IMG/VR virus record: IMGVR_UViG_3300042140_000289
Location: 1-34,488 of that record
Source of the DNA: a virus
Taxonomy: Duplodnaviria; Caudoviricetes
Reading direction: 5' to 3' (one strand)
DNA length: 34,488 nt
Shown here: piece by piece, positions 19,463-28,934 of the stretch
How positions within the stretch are numbered: the first letter of the stretch is position 1
Layout of the letters: each line of letters begins with the position of its first letter
Program-made: the position numbers and the translations under genes
The notes under the pieces: generated by a model
Database searches by the model: none
What the model was told of the DNA's origin: nothing
Seen by the model: only the letters and a program-made list of their open reading frames with translations

Positions 19463-19870
19463 CTACCAGAGTTTTGTATCTCCAGGTTTTCTTTGCGAGA
19501 AAGCGGGTATTAATAGGTTTTTGTTTCCGTAATGAATGGCATTATGCGTGGTTTTTGTGGTGGTAATTAAAAACTCTGGATCTAGTATCCATTCTTCTCC
19601 ATGCAGAATGTCTTCTTTGATTATTGGATTTATGTGATGAACTAGAAGATTGCTATGAATTTCGTACCCTTCAACGCCCAAATCACACCCTTGATCACGC
19701 AAAATAACGTGATCTCGAGCGGATTTCCACTCATATGATTGATAGAATTCTTGGTTTAAATAGCGGTCAAATCCAAAAGTTTGAACGCCAATAGACCCAT
19801 TTAACTTTAAATACTCAAACCTGTCTTCAAAACTATTTAACCTGTTTAGCTCTGAATATGTTCGTTCCAT
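19463..19870 (-). CDS. HNH endonuclease (terminase-associated, HK97 gp74-like)
   Basis: W...R..VILRD..C, VHHINP and THNAIH; close to the terminase. Confidence 0.85.
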   Translation of the reverse strand: MERTYSELNRLNSFEDRFEYLKLNGSIGVQTFGFDRYLNQEFYQSYEWKSARDHVILRDQGCDLGVEGYEIHSNLLVHHINPIIKEDILHGEEWILDPEFLITTTKTTHNAIHYGNKNLLIPAFSQRKPGDTKLW

Positions 19871-19874
19871 ATCG

Positions 19875-21788
19875 TCACAAACTATCTAAAAACAGCTCAA
19901 AGTGCCTTTGCGGCATCTGAGTGTATGGAGTGTCGTGAGCTTTATTTGAAATGAAAGCCGAAGCAACAATGTTTTTACTAGCTAAAGCAGTTTGATACAT
20001 AAACATGTGTTTAGCTGGTACAACCCCATCAAATTCACCATGAACCAAGCCAATTTTTGGAATCTTAGACGACGCCTGAGCGGAAACCATACTGGAAAGT
20101 GAAGACCCTTCAGTTTCTACCTGGGTAAGCGGGTAATCGTAATCGTTTCCGTAAAACAAGTTAGCGGTAATCTTTAATTTACCATAAGGAGCCACTAAAG
20201 TTTCTCCTCCACTAGCAAGTGGGCCGTAATCCGGATCGCTAGCGTCATTGTTGTAGGCCCACCACATATCGGATGGAGTTGCCCAAGTATATGCGCCTTT
20301 AAAAATTGGATCCGGTGTATTTGATCTACCGCCCCATTCACTGTTAACCGTTAAATCAAATCCGTTTAGATTAGATAAATCTCTACTGATTGCTGCAGCC
20401 TGAGCTAAATACGCCCCAGCTGAATGCCCAGTTACAATTACACGGTTGTGATCCAAAGCATAATCTTCTTGCTCTTTAATCCATAAAGCCGCCAACTTGA
20501 CGTCCGAAATAAAACTAGGGAACTTTCCAGACCCCTGATTTGGCCAAGCGGGTTTGGCAATGTCAAACAAGCTTAACTGCCACGCAAAGATGTAGTCAAT
20601 GCTAACAACAGCATAACCTTTTCGAAGAAGCCAATAAACCCAACCGTCATGAACGTCACCTCTTACTCCAGCGGAGAAGAATCCTCCATGAACATACATA
20701 ACTACTGGCCAACCATTAGCCGGCGCGGTTCTTGTTGGGATCCAAAGAGTAAGAGCCCTGACTGATTTGCCTGGATCGTAGTTTAAATCATGAACTGTGT
20801 AGTTTGATGTTGAATATACAAACTCTCTTGACCTGTCATGCCAATTGTTTTTGTCTGATGTGTTCACAACTCCAGACTCGACAACGCCTTCTTCAAGTAC
20901 TGGAACTTCTTGACCATCGACCATTTCGTACCAGGTGTTTACTGGAGTTTGATAATGTTGATCTGCTGTTCCATCCAGGTTATACGTATCAAAAACTTCA
21001 AGATCCCCAAACCACCACTCTTGAATATAGCCACCAGCACCACATTTAGACGGATGCCGTCCAAGCATAATACAATTTGCGTCGATGCTTGCGGGGTTAC
21101 ATGTAACAGTGTACCAAGGAGTTCCAGTGTCTGCCCACTTCCAAATCTTTAGTGTTACTTTTGGAGCAACGTTCTGAACTTGAATTTGAATTCGCCAAGT
21201 AAACCCCGTAGTGATCTGATTGTTAGTTGGCGGAGTTGTTAGATTAATCGCATTTGTTTCGCCTTTAAAAAATGGTTGATTTACTCGAGTAAACCCTCCG
21301 GTAGTAGTATACCTATTTAACATTAAACTAAATCTATCAGTTTGAGAATAATCAGTTCCAGACACATTCATGAACGTAATCATGTGTGGATAAGTGTCAC
21401 TATAAAAAAGAGATAATGGATTTGAGTTTGTTGTCACATAAAATCTACACGAGTATTCGGTTAACGGAGAAATAAAACCATCTTCATTAACGCGAGAATC
21501 TCCAAAACGCCAGTAATTTCTAGCAGGAATGTTTCGCTCTGCATAATCAGTAAAGATAATTCCTCTAGAAAATGGTGTCCGTCTATTTGCCGATACATGC
21601 GAATTACCATAATAAACTTTTGAAGGTCTATAATCAGGAAAGAATGGAGGAGTTAGATCATTGATTGAAGGATTTGTCTGAAAACCTTCAGAAGGTTCTG
21701 GGCACTTTGGCGCTCCTTGCGTAGGGTGGCACCAAGTTGGGGGAGCAAGAGGCACGTCTTCTGGGTGGAGTCCTAAAATTTTTGTCAC
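19875..21788 (-). CDS. Alpha/beta-hydrolase (esterase/lipase) with N-terminal beta-sandwich domain
   Basis: HGGFF oxyanion motif, GHSAG nucleophile, candidate Asp in HGEFDGVVP and His in AHD. Confidence 0.8.
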   Translation of the reverse strand: MTKILGLHPEDVPLAPPTWCHPTQGAPKCPEPSEGFQTNPSINDLTPPFFPDYRPSKVYYGNSHVSANRRTPFSRGIIFTDYAERNIPARNYWRFGDSRVNEDGFISPLTEYSCRFYVTTNSNPLSLFYSDTYPHMITFMNVSGTDYSQTDRFSLMLNRYTTTGGFTRVNQPFFKGETNAINLTTPPTNNQITTGFTWRIQIQVQNVAPKVTLKIWKWADTGTPWYTVTCNPASIDANCIMLGRHPSKCGAGGYIQEWWFGDLEVFDTYNLDGTADQHYQTPVNTWYEMVDGQEVPVLEEGVVESGVVNTSDKNNWHDRSREFVYSTSNYTVHDLNYDPGKSVRALTLWIPTRTAPANGWPVVMYVHGGFFSAGVRGDVHDGWVYWLLRKGYAVVSIDYIFAWQLSLFDIAKPAWPNQGSGKFPSFISDVKLAALWIKEQEDYALDHNRVIVTGHSAGAYLAQAAAISRDLSNLNGFDLTVNSEWGGRSNTPDPIFKGAYTWATPSDMWWAYNNDASDPDYGPLASGGETLVAPYGKLKITANLFYGNDYDYPLTQVETEGSSLSSMVSAQASSKIPKIGLVHGEFDGVVPAKHMFMYQTALASKNIVASAFISNKAHDTPYTQMPQRHFELFLDSL

Positions 21789-22024
21789 GCATACCTCCGA
21801 CAGATTTTAGTTCCATCGGGAAGTCCTGCCGCAGACTCACCTGCATCTAAGAATACAACTGACTCTCCAGATGGCCCAGGTAACCCTCGAACATTACCGG
21901 CGTTAATAGTATTGTTATCTTTTGTAACTAAAATTAAATCATCCGCCTCAATATAGGCATTAATTAAAATGCCGTTTTCAATTTCCTTCATTCTTTCTGC
22001 AGTTAAACCAGTTACCGTGGCCAT
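21785..22024 (-). CDS. Small structural protein, paralogue of the N-terminus of 8847..9503
   Basis: MATVTGLTAERMKEIE...DLIL....N.TINAGNVRG is shared with 8847..9503. Confidence 0.75.
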   Translation of the reverse strand: MATVTGLTAERMKEIENGILINAYIEADDLILVTKDNNTINAGNVRGLPGPSGESVVFLDAGESAAGLPDGTKICRRYA

Positions 22025-22040
22025 ACCAACCTCCTTTGGC

Positions 22041-22247
22041 CTATCCGATACTCCAAGCTAAAGCTTCGTGCTCTAAATGCGCGGAGTTTGTGTGCACAGC
22101 GTTGGCCGCATCAGAAATATCAATTAAGTTCAAAACAACCATTAACGTTGCCAAAGCTCCAGCGCTATCTAAAGATTGATACCTAGGGTTTCCTGTGTTT
22201 TCAATGGACAAAATATTACCCTGCCCATCACTCGTTACTACTTTCAT
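22041..22247 (-). CDS. Hypothetical protein (possible fibre chaperone)
   Basis: 68 aa; overlaps the stop of the collagen-like gene. Confidence 0.6.
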   Translation of the reverse strand: MKVVTSDGQGNILSIENTGNPRYQSLDSAGALATLMVVLNLIDISDAANAVHTNSAHLEHEALAWSIG

Positions 22248-23503
22248 AAGGAACTCCTAACAAAAACGCAAGGCGGTTGAGTGCCGTTGCCTGGACCGGC
22301 TGAGCAAAACTGTGGTAATGCTCCGGTTACATTGTCTTGAAACTTTGTTCCGTTTAACGTAGCCATAGCGTCTGGAACTTGGTATCCTAAAATATGAGTA
22401 GTTTGAAAGTCTGCGTGCCCATTAGTTTGTTGAGCAACGCACGCTAACCAGTAAAGACCCGGTTCTAAAAGTAAATTGATTGTAATTACTTTAAAGTCCG
22501 GATCACTAGTCAGATCAATAGTTCCAGCATCTAAAATAAGTTGATAAGGCGAATCGTCTGTTGATGAACTAGAATATACACCAAGACGAGCAACAGACCC
22601 TGCGCCGATAGACGTTGAGTGTGTGTGGTTCATGCCGATTCGATCAATAATCATTGACCTAGTCACGTACATAGGCGTGTACCAAAGCCTATTGTTATTC
22701 GTTTGACCATTTCCAGAAGTAGTAGCAGAAGGAGAAGTGTACTGGCCATCAATAAACATTGCCGGAGGTTTAGGAGGATCCGTAGAATTAATTACAATTC
22801 CTGGGTCTCCTTCTGTATAATTTGGATTTAAGTCAATAGTGATGTTGTCGCCGGCTTCAATATCTAAGATACTTAAAGATCCCCCGACACCAGCAATTGG
22901 GCCTCTACTAATAACCGCGTACATCTCACCAAAAACTGGAATATTGTTAGGCGTTAATACGACCTGCCTGTACTGATGGACGATTAGCTGCTGATCATCA
23001 CCATTGAAAAGAATGCCGCTAGTTCCAGCGTCTAGAGTAACATCTCCGTCTTCTGCAACGTTAATAACCCACCACTCTTGGCCGTAGTGTGTTAACGATA
23101 CAGTATCAGGAAATGTAATTACACAAGATGCCGCAACAATGAGAACCCTTGGAATGCCAGTAATAGTAGTGTCTTCAAAAATAAATTCAACGTTTCTAGA
23201 CTGTAAATACTGCGTATGAGGATGACCAACAGTTAAGTTTAAAAGCTCGGCATGATCGTCAGTTCCTGCAGATTCTCCAGGAGGACCTTCTGGACCCTGC
23301 GGACCTTCTGGCCCTTGGGCTCCTGTAGGACCGGCTGCTCCAGCAGGACCAGCAGGACCAGCGGGTCCAGTAGCTCCAGCCGGTCCAGTAGCTCCAGCCG
23401 GACCGCTTGGGCCAACTGGGCCAGACCGAATGATAGTAATTGCGCCAGTCGCAGGATTCTGAAGAATCCTTTGCGTTCCGGCCTCTGAAAATGGATCGCT
23501 CAT
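22244..23503 (-). CDS. Collagen-like fibre/minor structural protein
   Basis: About 17 consecutive G-X-Y triplets near the N-terminus (~23272-23422), then beta-rich domains. Confidence 0.8.
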   Translation of the reverse strand: MSDPFSEAGTQRILQNPATGAITIIRSGPVGPSGPAGATGPAGATGPAGPAGPAGAAGPTGAQGPEGPQGPEGPPGESAGTDDHAELLNLTVGHPHTQYLQSRNVEFIFEDTTITGIPRVLIVAASCVITFPDTVSLTHYGQEWWVINVAEDGDVTLDAGTSGILFNGDDQQLIVHQYRQVVLTPNNIPVFGEMYAVISRGPIAGVGGSLSILDIEAGDNITIDLNPNYTEGDPGIVINSTDPPKPPAMFIDGQYTSPSATTSGNGQTNNNRLWYTPMYVTRSMIIDRIGMNHTHSTSIGAGSVARLGVYSSSSTDDSPYQLILDAGTIDLTSDPDFKVITINLLLEPGLYWLACVAQQTNGHADFQTTHILGYQVPDAMATLNGTKFQDNVTGALPQFCSAGPGNGTQPPCVFVRSSL

Positions 23504-23820
23504 TCTGTAACCACCCCTTGAAACAGGACCTTTAACGGCTCACTAAAAATACTTAACGGTTCATCGCCGGAGATTCGTTTTAAATCCATAAAACCATAGG
23601 TTTTAGTAACGTTTGTTAAATCTTCACTGTTTAGAATTAAAACTAACTCTCCGTCCGTGCCATCGGTTGCGTACTCAACGGTGAACGTCGCCAATAAATC
23701 AGAGTCTAAACTTTTTTCAGATCTAATTTCACTGGTGATTGTTTCACCAGAAACGTCAAAGGCTAAACCGACGGCGACATAATTTGTCCGATTCAAATGA
23801 ATCACTAGTTGATCGTGCAT
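23500..23820 (-). CDS. Hypothetical beta-rich structural protein (106 aa)
   Basis: Translationally coupled on both sides (TAATG and ATGA overlaps). Confidence 0.65.
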   Translation of the reverse strand: MHDQLVIHLNRTNYVAVGLAFDVSGETITSEIRSEKSLDSDLLATFTVEYATDGTDGELVLILNSEDLTNVTKTYGFMDLKRISGDEPLSIFSEPLKVLFQGVVTE

Positions 23821-24152
23821 TAGTACTCCTCGTCTTCGGTCAAAATATCTTGCCCAGCGTAAGCTCGCATGGCATTTAGAGCCGTCTCATACAACTCTTC
23901 AACTCTTTTAGCCGAGGCCATGTGCTCTACTTTTGCATTTAATAACTCGTTTTCTCTAGACAAGCGCTCTTGTTCTAAACGTTCTCTAGTAGAGCCGAGC
24001 TTTAAATAATGACTAATTACCTGAGCGGAGGCGGTTCCTTCCATTAATTGTTTTTCCGCCAAATCTACAGCAAGAGAAACAAGCTGAGTCTCTCTTGCTT
24101 CCGGCGTTTCAGCAGGCTTTCGCTGCTTTTGCGTTTGTCTTTTTGCAGGCAC
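23820..24152 (-). CDS. Terminase small subunit (putative)
   Basis: 110-aa helical/coiled-coil protein near the putative cos site and upstream of HNH/terL; GTG start after AAGGAG. The function is inferred. Confidence 0.5.
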   Translation of the reverse strand: MPAKRQTQKQRKPAETPEARETQLVSLAVDLAEKQLMEGTASAQVISHYLKLGSTRERLEQERLSRENELLNAKVEHMASAKRVEELYETALNAMRAYAGQDILTEDEEY

Positions 24153-24185
24153 TTGTTTCTCCTTTCTGTAGAGTTGTTACATAGT

Positions 24186-24253
24186 GTGGGCCCGGCACAA
24201 GTGGCTCAAGCCCAGGAGGACGGGCGAACACTTAAAGACTTGCCCGGGCCCAC
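24186..24253 (-). other. GC-rich branched stem-loop between endolysin and putative terS
   Basis: Perfect 10-bp outer stem GTGGGCCCGG/CCGGGCCCAC, with an inner GCCC/GGGC hairpin. Confidence 0.6.
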
Positions 24254-24257
24254 GAAT

Positions 24258-24977
24258 TTAGGAAGTGGCTTTTGCCGTCTGCTTCATGGCACGAGCAACA
24301 AAGTCCTGTGCTGCGCTCTTAGGAATGGTCATAAAGCCAACTGATTTACCAGGCTCCACAAGCTTTGCAAACCCTACTAAATCAAGCCCAGGAAGAGGAA
24401 TGGTAACCGCGCCAAACTGCGCAAAGAAACCGACGCCATCTACTGCAATATACATGTCTGCCTCCTTAACATCAAACGAAGAGTTTGATGGAAGATTTGA
24501 ACTGTTGTTGTAAACCGGCCGGCCAAACCCGGCAATATTATACCTATGTCTGGAGCGAACCATAACTTCGCCGCCGTTAGATTGATTCTTCATTGAGGTG
24601 TTTCCCTCAATTGTGTCTACGTAAATACCTCTTGAACCAGTGACAATACCAACGTGGTCAATAACTCCGTTGTTTTCAAAATCAAAATAAACAATATCAC
24701 CCGGCTCGCACGGTCCATTATTATGCATCCATCGGTTTAAAAGTTTATAGTTGTGAACTCCAGAAGGAGTGTACACCGAAGAAGGCTCAGTGTTTCCAGA
24801 TCCACTTTTTGTAACTGAAAACCCTGCGTCAATTAAAACACAATCGGTAAAACTTCCACACCAAGGTTGAAACTGGTAGCCAGTTCGCTTACCAAAAATA
24901 GTTTCATTACTTCTTGGACCTTCTCTATACCCAATCCACTTTCTTGCCTGATTAACCACATCGTTTCTAGTTGGCAT
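24258..24977 (-). CDS. Endolysin, CHAP domain (239 aa)
   Basis: PWCGSF (Cys), DHVGIV (His), TIEGNT; start re-called at MPTRND after RBS GGGAGG. Confidence 0.88.
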   Translation of the reverse strand: MPTRNDVVNQARKWIGYREGPRSNETIFGKRTGYQFQPWCGSFTDCVLIDAGFSVTKSGSGNTEPSSVYTPSGVHNYKLLNRWMHNNGPCEPGDIVYFDFENNGVIDHVGIVTGSRGIYVDTIEGNTSMKNQSNGGEVMVRSRHRYNIAGFGRPVYNNSSNLPSNSSFDVKEADMYIAVDGVGFFAQFGAVTIPLPGLDLVGFAKLVEPGKSVGFMTIPKSAAQDFVARAMKQTAKATS

Positions 24978-25040
24978 TGACAACCTCCCTAAAGATCTAA
25001 ACACTCTTAGCGCCTCCAACCCCAAAACTTTTTTTCAAAA

Positions 25041-25115
25041 TCTCCCCCGGGGCCAAAAAATGTGGTCCGGCGATGAAGGGAGGGGGGTAATTTTAAAGAC
25101 CCCTCCCCCCCTTCA
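25041..25115. other. Candidate cos/packaging site
   Basis: G-run/C-run inverted repeat at 25074-25115, GC-rich 9-mer CGCCGGACC (minus strand, 25064-25072) and a CCCCGGGG palindrome, located in the intergenic region just ahead of the lysin/terS genes. Confidence 0.45.
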
Positions 25116-25128
25116 AAGCCTGACTAGT

Positions 25129-25374
25129 TTAATAATCAACTTCTTTTGAAACTTTTCTATAAAGTCCAGAAATATTTTCTTCAACAATCTCATCAATTGC
25201 TAATTCATTAGCGATATTCTGATCAACTTCTGATAACTCATTAGACGTGAAGGTGAGCCTGGCCAGGAGGGAAGAGGTGTTGTACCCTGCCGCCACATCA
25301 TAAGCAAACCATTCTTTAAAGTTTTCAAAAGGATCGAACGGATTGTCGACAGTTGTTAACATGGAACGTTTCAT
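25129..25374 (-). CDS. Conserved-looking acidic hypothetical protein downstream of the polymerase
   Basis: MLTTVDNPFDPF..F.EW..YD...GYNT motif. ATG 25374 has better RBS spacing than GTG 25380. Confidence 0.75.
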   Translation of the reverse strand: MKRSMLTTVDNPFDPFENFKEWFAYDVAAGYNTSSLLARLTFTSNELSEVDQNIANELAIDEIVEENISGLYRKVSKEVDY

Positions 25375-25386
25375 CTTCACTCCTTT

Positions 25387-28065
25387 CTACTCTCCACCTT
25401 CAACAGCCAAGTCTAATGTTGACAGTGAGACGCCAAGCTGTTGAGCTACCTCAGCTCTTGTGTAGCCTAGAGCTAACATAGACTCAGCTCGCTTAGTCTT
25501 TGCTGATGTCATCTTAACTTGAGTTCTTGGTGTTGCAAGTTCTCTAACAACATCCATGTCTGCATGTCTAAGTATCTCAGTAAGTTTGTGATTGCTGATA
25601 GCACCAGCTTGAATAGCTTCCCATTCTTTTGGTGTTAACTTAATGTCTTGCTTCTTAGCGCCTGTTCTATTCCTAGCTTCGTTTAAGGCCTGGGCCTTAA
25701 GTCTTTTCTCATGCGCTTTATCTAAATTAGGATTAGCATCTTTCTTAGTCTGAAGAACAGAGTTAGCTAGTAGCTGTGCCTGCCGTTCCCTAGGTGCGTT
25801 TAACTGGGCGAGGGTTAGCTTATTATTTAAACTATCAACTTCATTCTTATAAACCTTGTTAGCTGAAGGTGAGTACTTAACGGAGGGGGTCTTAACTGAC
25901 TCTCTCCTGGCTTCGTTAGCAAGGGCCTTTAGTTTATTAGAATGATCGGCGTAAAGGTTTTCAATCCTTGTGCCGGACGAAAGAGTACGGGCGTCTTTAG
26001 TAATACTAAGCCTCTCTACTTTAGTAGTTAAAGGTTGCCCTGTTCTCCAACTAACTTCACCCGTTGGTTCGAATACCCGTTCACCAGTATCTTTATCAAT
26101 GGGGCCACCTTTAGCCATCGACCTAGCTTTAAACTTAGGGACGCGTTCTTGTCCCTTTGCCCTAGAGATTAAGGTCGAAGCTCCACCAGGAGGACCACCA
26201 TCCGGTTTGGCCTGGTACTTAGCTCTTAGATTCTTAATACCATTATCAATCTCAGATTGTTTATAGTTTAGCCTGTGCTTTTCTGCATCAATAACAACCA
26301 TTGAATGTCTAACGGCGGCGGCAAGCTCTGTGGTTGGGGCGCCTTTAATAGTCATGTCTGTAATTAAATTAGATATTTCGCCCATTTGCCGTTGAGTGTT
26401 ACTCATCACCTTCATTCCAGGGTATTCTTTATATGTAACCCTTGGGTTGAAGTTTTTTAAACCTTCAAGAGCAGCGGTAGACGTTATCTTTCCGTTGTTA
26501 TTAGGAATGACTAATACCGTGTCCCCGTCAAAGTCAGCGCCTGATAATCTTTCTGCAACTTTTGCGTTGATACCCACCGCATCTAAAGCATCACCCAAAA
26601 TGTTTTTTGATTCTTTGTGTTTGTTATTAACTTTTAACTTTGGAATCTCAAAAGTACCGCCATGTGGGAATCTAATCAAAACTACTTCTTCACCGTTTTT
26701 ATAGTTAGGCGCATAGATTTCATTAGGTTTTAAAGACTTAATTGGCATAATCACATGATAAGCCTGTCTTGGTAAGCTAGCGGCAGATAAATGTACGGAT
26801 GCGGCGTCAGTTCCATCAGCAAATTCGTCTAAAAGTTTTTTCCTGACGGCTGGATTTGTCAACTGTTTAATTGTGTTTAAATCATTGACGCGTCTTTCAT
26901 AAGTCATGTCCAGCTGTTCTTTAGCTAACTGTGGAGTTTGTTTTGACAACACCTGAGTCGAGATGGATTTAGACCATTTCCCCCATTGACCCTCTTCTGT
27001 TAGAATGTTCATAACAGAAGTTACTTTTTGTTTGCCATCCTTGGTGGGCTTAGTTATTTGTCTACTAACTGTAGCGCCAAAAGGATTGTCCGGGTCATCT
27101 GAGAGTGGTTTTAAAACGTCTAACTTATTTGTGACTTCTGATTTAGATTTGTTTGTATTAAACACAACGTCAACGCCATCAGGTAAATCATTTTTATAGA
27201 TTGCCATGCCCTTCATATAATGTGAATTACCAACCTGAATTCTTACCTGTGCGTACCTAGAGCCTCCTATAGAAAGATCTTCTACACCAGGTCGCATATA
27301 AATAACTCCGTCAGCTTCTTCTCCGCCGTCTTCTTTATAATTGATAGCAATTCTTTTTGGATTTAAAGGTAGAGGTGGCAGCATACCCAAAATAGTTTTA
27401 CCAGTATCGTCTAAATGAATGTTTGGCGCTTTGATGTTGTAGCGATTTTTACTTACATCGCCAAAGGTTGTTCCCGGAGGAGCCAAGACTTTGAAGTTTG
27501 TTTCAAAATCAGTTCCTAACTGTTGAACTTTAATGTTAGTGTAAACATTATACCCTTCGCTTTTCAGAATTTGAAGGGCAGTATTAAGGCGCTCTTTACT
27601 AACATTCAAATAGTTCTCAACGCCATTACCAACATCAGTCAAACCATTTTTATCAACAAACTCTCTTAAGATTGATGCGGTTTTTAAGGTTAAATCTTCT
27701 TTGTCTTTTAATCCTGGTGCTAAAAGGGTTCTAACTGTAGACTCTGGGATCCCCATTTGTTTCCCAATAGCCACATTACTCATACCTTTGTCTTTAAGTC
27801 TTTGCGCGGTTGCTTGATCGGCTGCTTTTTTTTCAGATTTTGCTAACGACTTTGCCGCCCTTAATTCTGCGGTTGTCATGCCAAAGCCCTGCGCGATTTC
27901 GGTTTCTTTTAATCCATCTTTTTTTAACTTTGCGACGGTATCTAAAAAATCCCTGTTGTTTGACGTGACAAAGGAGTCGCCTCCACTACCCCAAGGGTAC
28001 CTACCTGATTTTCTAATAATACCATAATGAGCAAGATATTCTTCTTCTTCAATTAACACAATCAC
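25387..28065 (-). CDS. Putative single-chain two-barrel RNA polymerase (YonO/cellular RdRP-like) with three HTH motifs
   Basis: Motifs in the expected order: ADGVI, QVR...MKG, LIRFP, LSGADFDGD (26521-26535), MGEISN, HSMVVIDAEK. Two N-terminal HTHs and one C-terminal HTH. Confidence 0.78.
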   Translation of the reverse strand: MIVLIEEEEYLAHYGIIRKSGRYPWGSGGDSFVTSNNRDFLDTVAKLKKDGLKETEIAQGFGMTTAELRAAKSLAKSEKKAADQATAQRLKDKGMSNVAIGKQMGIPESTVRTLLAPGLKDKEDLTLKTASILREFVDKNGLTDVGNGVENYLNVSKERLNTALQILKSEGYNVYTNIKVQQLGTDFETNFKVLAPPGTTFGDVSKNRYNIKAPNIHLDDTGKTILGMLPPLPLNPKRIAINYKEDGGEEADGVIYMRPGVEDLSIGGSRYAQVRIQVGNSHYMKGMAIYKNDLPDGVDVVFNTNKSKSEVTNKLDVLKPLSDDPDNPFGATVSRQITKPTKDGKQKVTSVMNILTEEGQWGKWSKSISTQVLSKQTPQLAKEQLDMTYERRVNDLNTIKQLTNPAVRKKLLDEFADGTDAASVHLSAASLPRQAYHVIMPIKSLKPNEIYAPNYKNGEEVVLIRFPHGGTFEIPKLKVNNKHKESKNILGDALDAVGINAKVAERLSGADFDGDTVLVIPNNNGKITSTAALEGLKNFNPRVTYKEYPGMKVMSNTQRQMGEISNLITDMTIKGAPTTELAAAVRHSMVVIDAEKHRLNYKQSEIDNGIKNLRAKYQAKPDGGPPGGASTLISRAKGQERVPKFKARSMAKGGPIDKDTGERVFEPTGEVSWRTGQPLTTKVERLSITKDARTLSSGTRIENLYADHSNKLKALANEARRESVKTPSVKYSPSANKVYKNEVDSLNNKLTLAQLNAPRERQAQLLANSVLQTKKDANPNLDKAHEKRLKAQALNEARNRTGAKKQDIKLTPKEWEAIQAGAISNHKLTEILRHADMDVVRELATPRTQVKMTSAKTKRAESMLALGYTRAEVAQQLGVSLSTLDLAVEGGE

Positions 28066-28070
28066 CCTCC

Positions 28071-28631
28071 TCAGAATCTGTCAGAGTTTCTCATTTCTTC
28101 GATTTGTTGGTCAAAGTCAACAATGATATCCATGATGTCAACAATTGTCTCAGCATATGGCTCAAAAGTTCTAACGTCTTCGCCTTGATAGATTCTCAAC
28201 TCAATCTCAATATCAAACGGAGAAATAGAGTACTCTAAACAAAACAAAGCCGCATAAACTTCAAGTTGTTTTTCTTTTGTCGGAGTAATCCCAGTTTTCA
28301 AATCATGAATTCGTAATTTGTTTCGTCTAAAAGAAATTGTATCTGCTGTACCAAAACAGTTATCGGAATAATATAACGCTTGTTCGCAATTCATCTTATA
28401 GTGTATAGCATCATTAACATATGTGGATAAAGATTTGTTTGACCTAGATAACTTTACCCCTAACCTAATTGCCTCATGGGCAAGATCGTGTAAATCAGAC
28501 CCTCTTCTTGCGGCTTGGGCAGCGACAAATCTAGACTCTAATTTTTCATAATTGTAGTTAACCCAACTATAGTTACTCGGGCTCAAAAAGGCGTGCTTGC
28601 CTTGTAATTCCGAATGCCGATTGAAGAGCAT
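28071..28631 (-). CDS. PD-(D/E)XK (Cas4/RecB-like) exonuclease
   Basis: LSPS, RGSDLH, GTAD, DLKTG and QL..YA motifs. Confidence 0.8.
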   Translation of the reverse strand: MLFNRHSELQGKHAFLSPSNYSWVNYNYEKLESRFVAAQAARRGSDLHDLAHEAIRLGVKLSRSNKSLSTYVNDAIHYKMNCEQALYYSDNCFGTADTISFRRNKLRIHDLKTGITPTKEKQLEVYAALFCLEYSISPFDIEIELRIYQGEDVRTFEPYAETIVDIMDIIVDFDQQIEEMRNSDRF

Positions 28632-28893
28632 CTAAAACTTCCTCCTCGTTTTCCGGAAAAATAAATGCTGAAAACGACATTCCGTTTAACATGTCAACAT
28701 AATAGTTTTGGTTTGGCCGAATTGGAGCATCAGCATGTGCTTTAACTTCTAACATCGCCCAACTATCTTTATAGAGAATAATTAAATCTGGAATCCCTTG
28801 CACGTAAGTTGGGTCGTTTTTAATGACCAAACAGCCCGGTAAAATTGATTCCAGTTTTTTGATGAGATAGTGTTGATAGTCTTTTTCCAGCAT
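28573..28893 (-). CDS. VRR-NUC / Holliday-junction-resolvase-like nuclease
   Basis: EKDYQ, GIPDL, LEVK and RPNQ motifs. Confidence 0.85.
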   Translation of the reverse strand: MLEKDYQHYLIKKLESILPGCLVIKNDPTYVQGIPDLIILYKDSWAMLEVKAHADAPIRPNQNYYVDMLNGMSFSAFIFPENEEEVLDALQSAFGITRQARLFEPE

Positions 28894-28934
28894 TTTCCTC
28901 CTTTAAAAAAAATAATGTGAAAAAGTCACATTCC

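Noticed and set aside
28071-28631. Cas4 of a CRISPR system
   Set aside because: It is a stand-alone PD-(D/E)XK nuclease without the four-Cys cluster pattern, common in phage replication modules.
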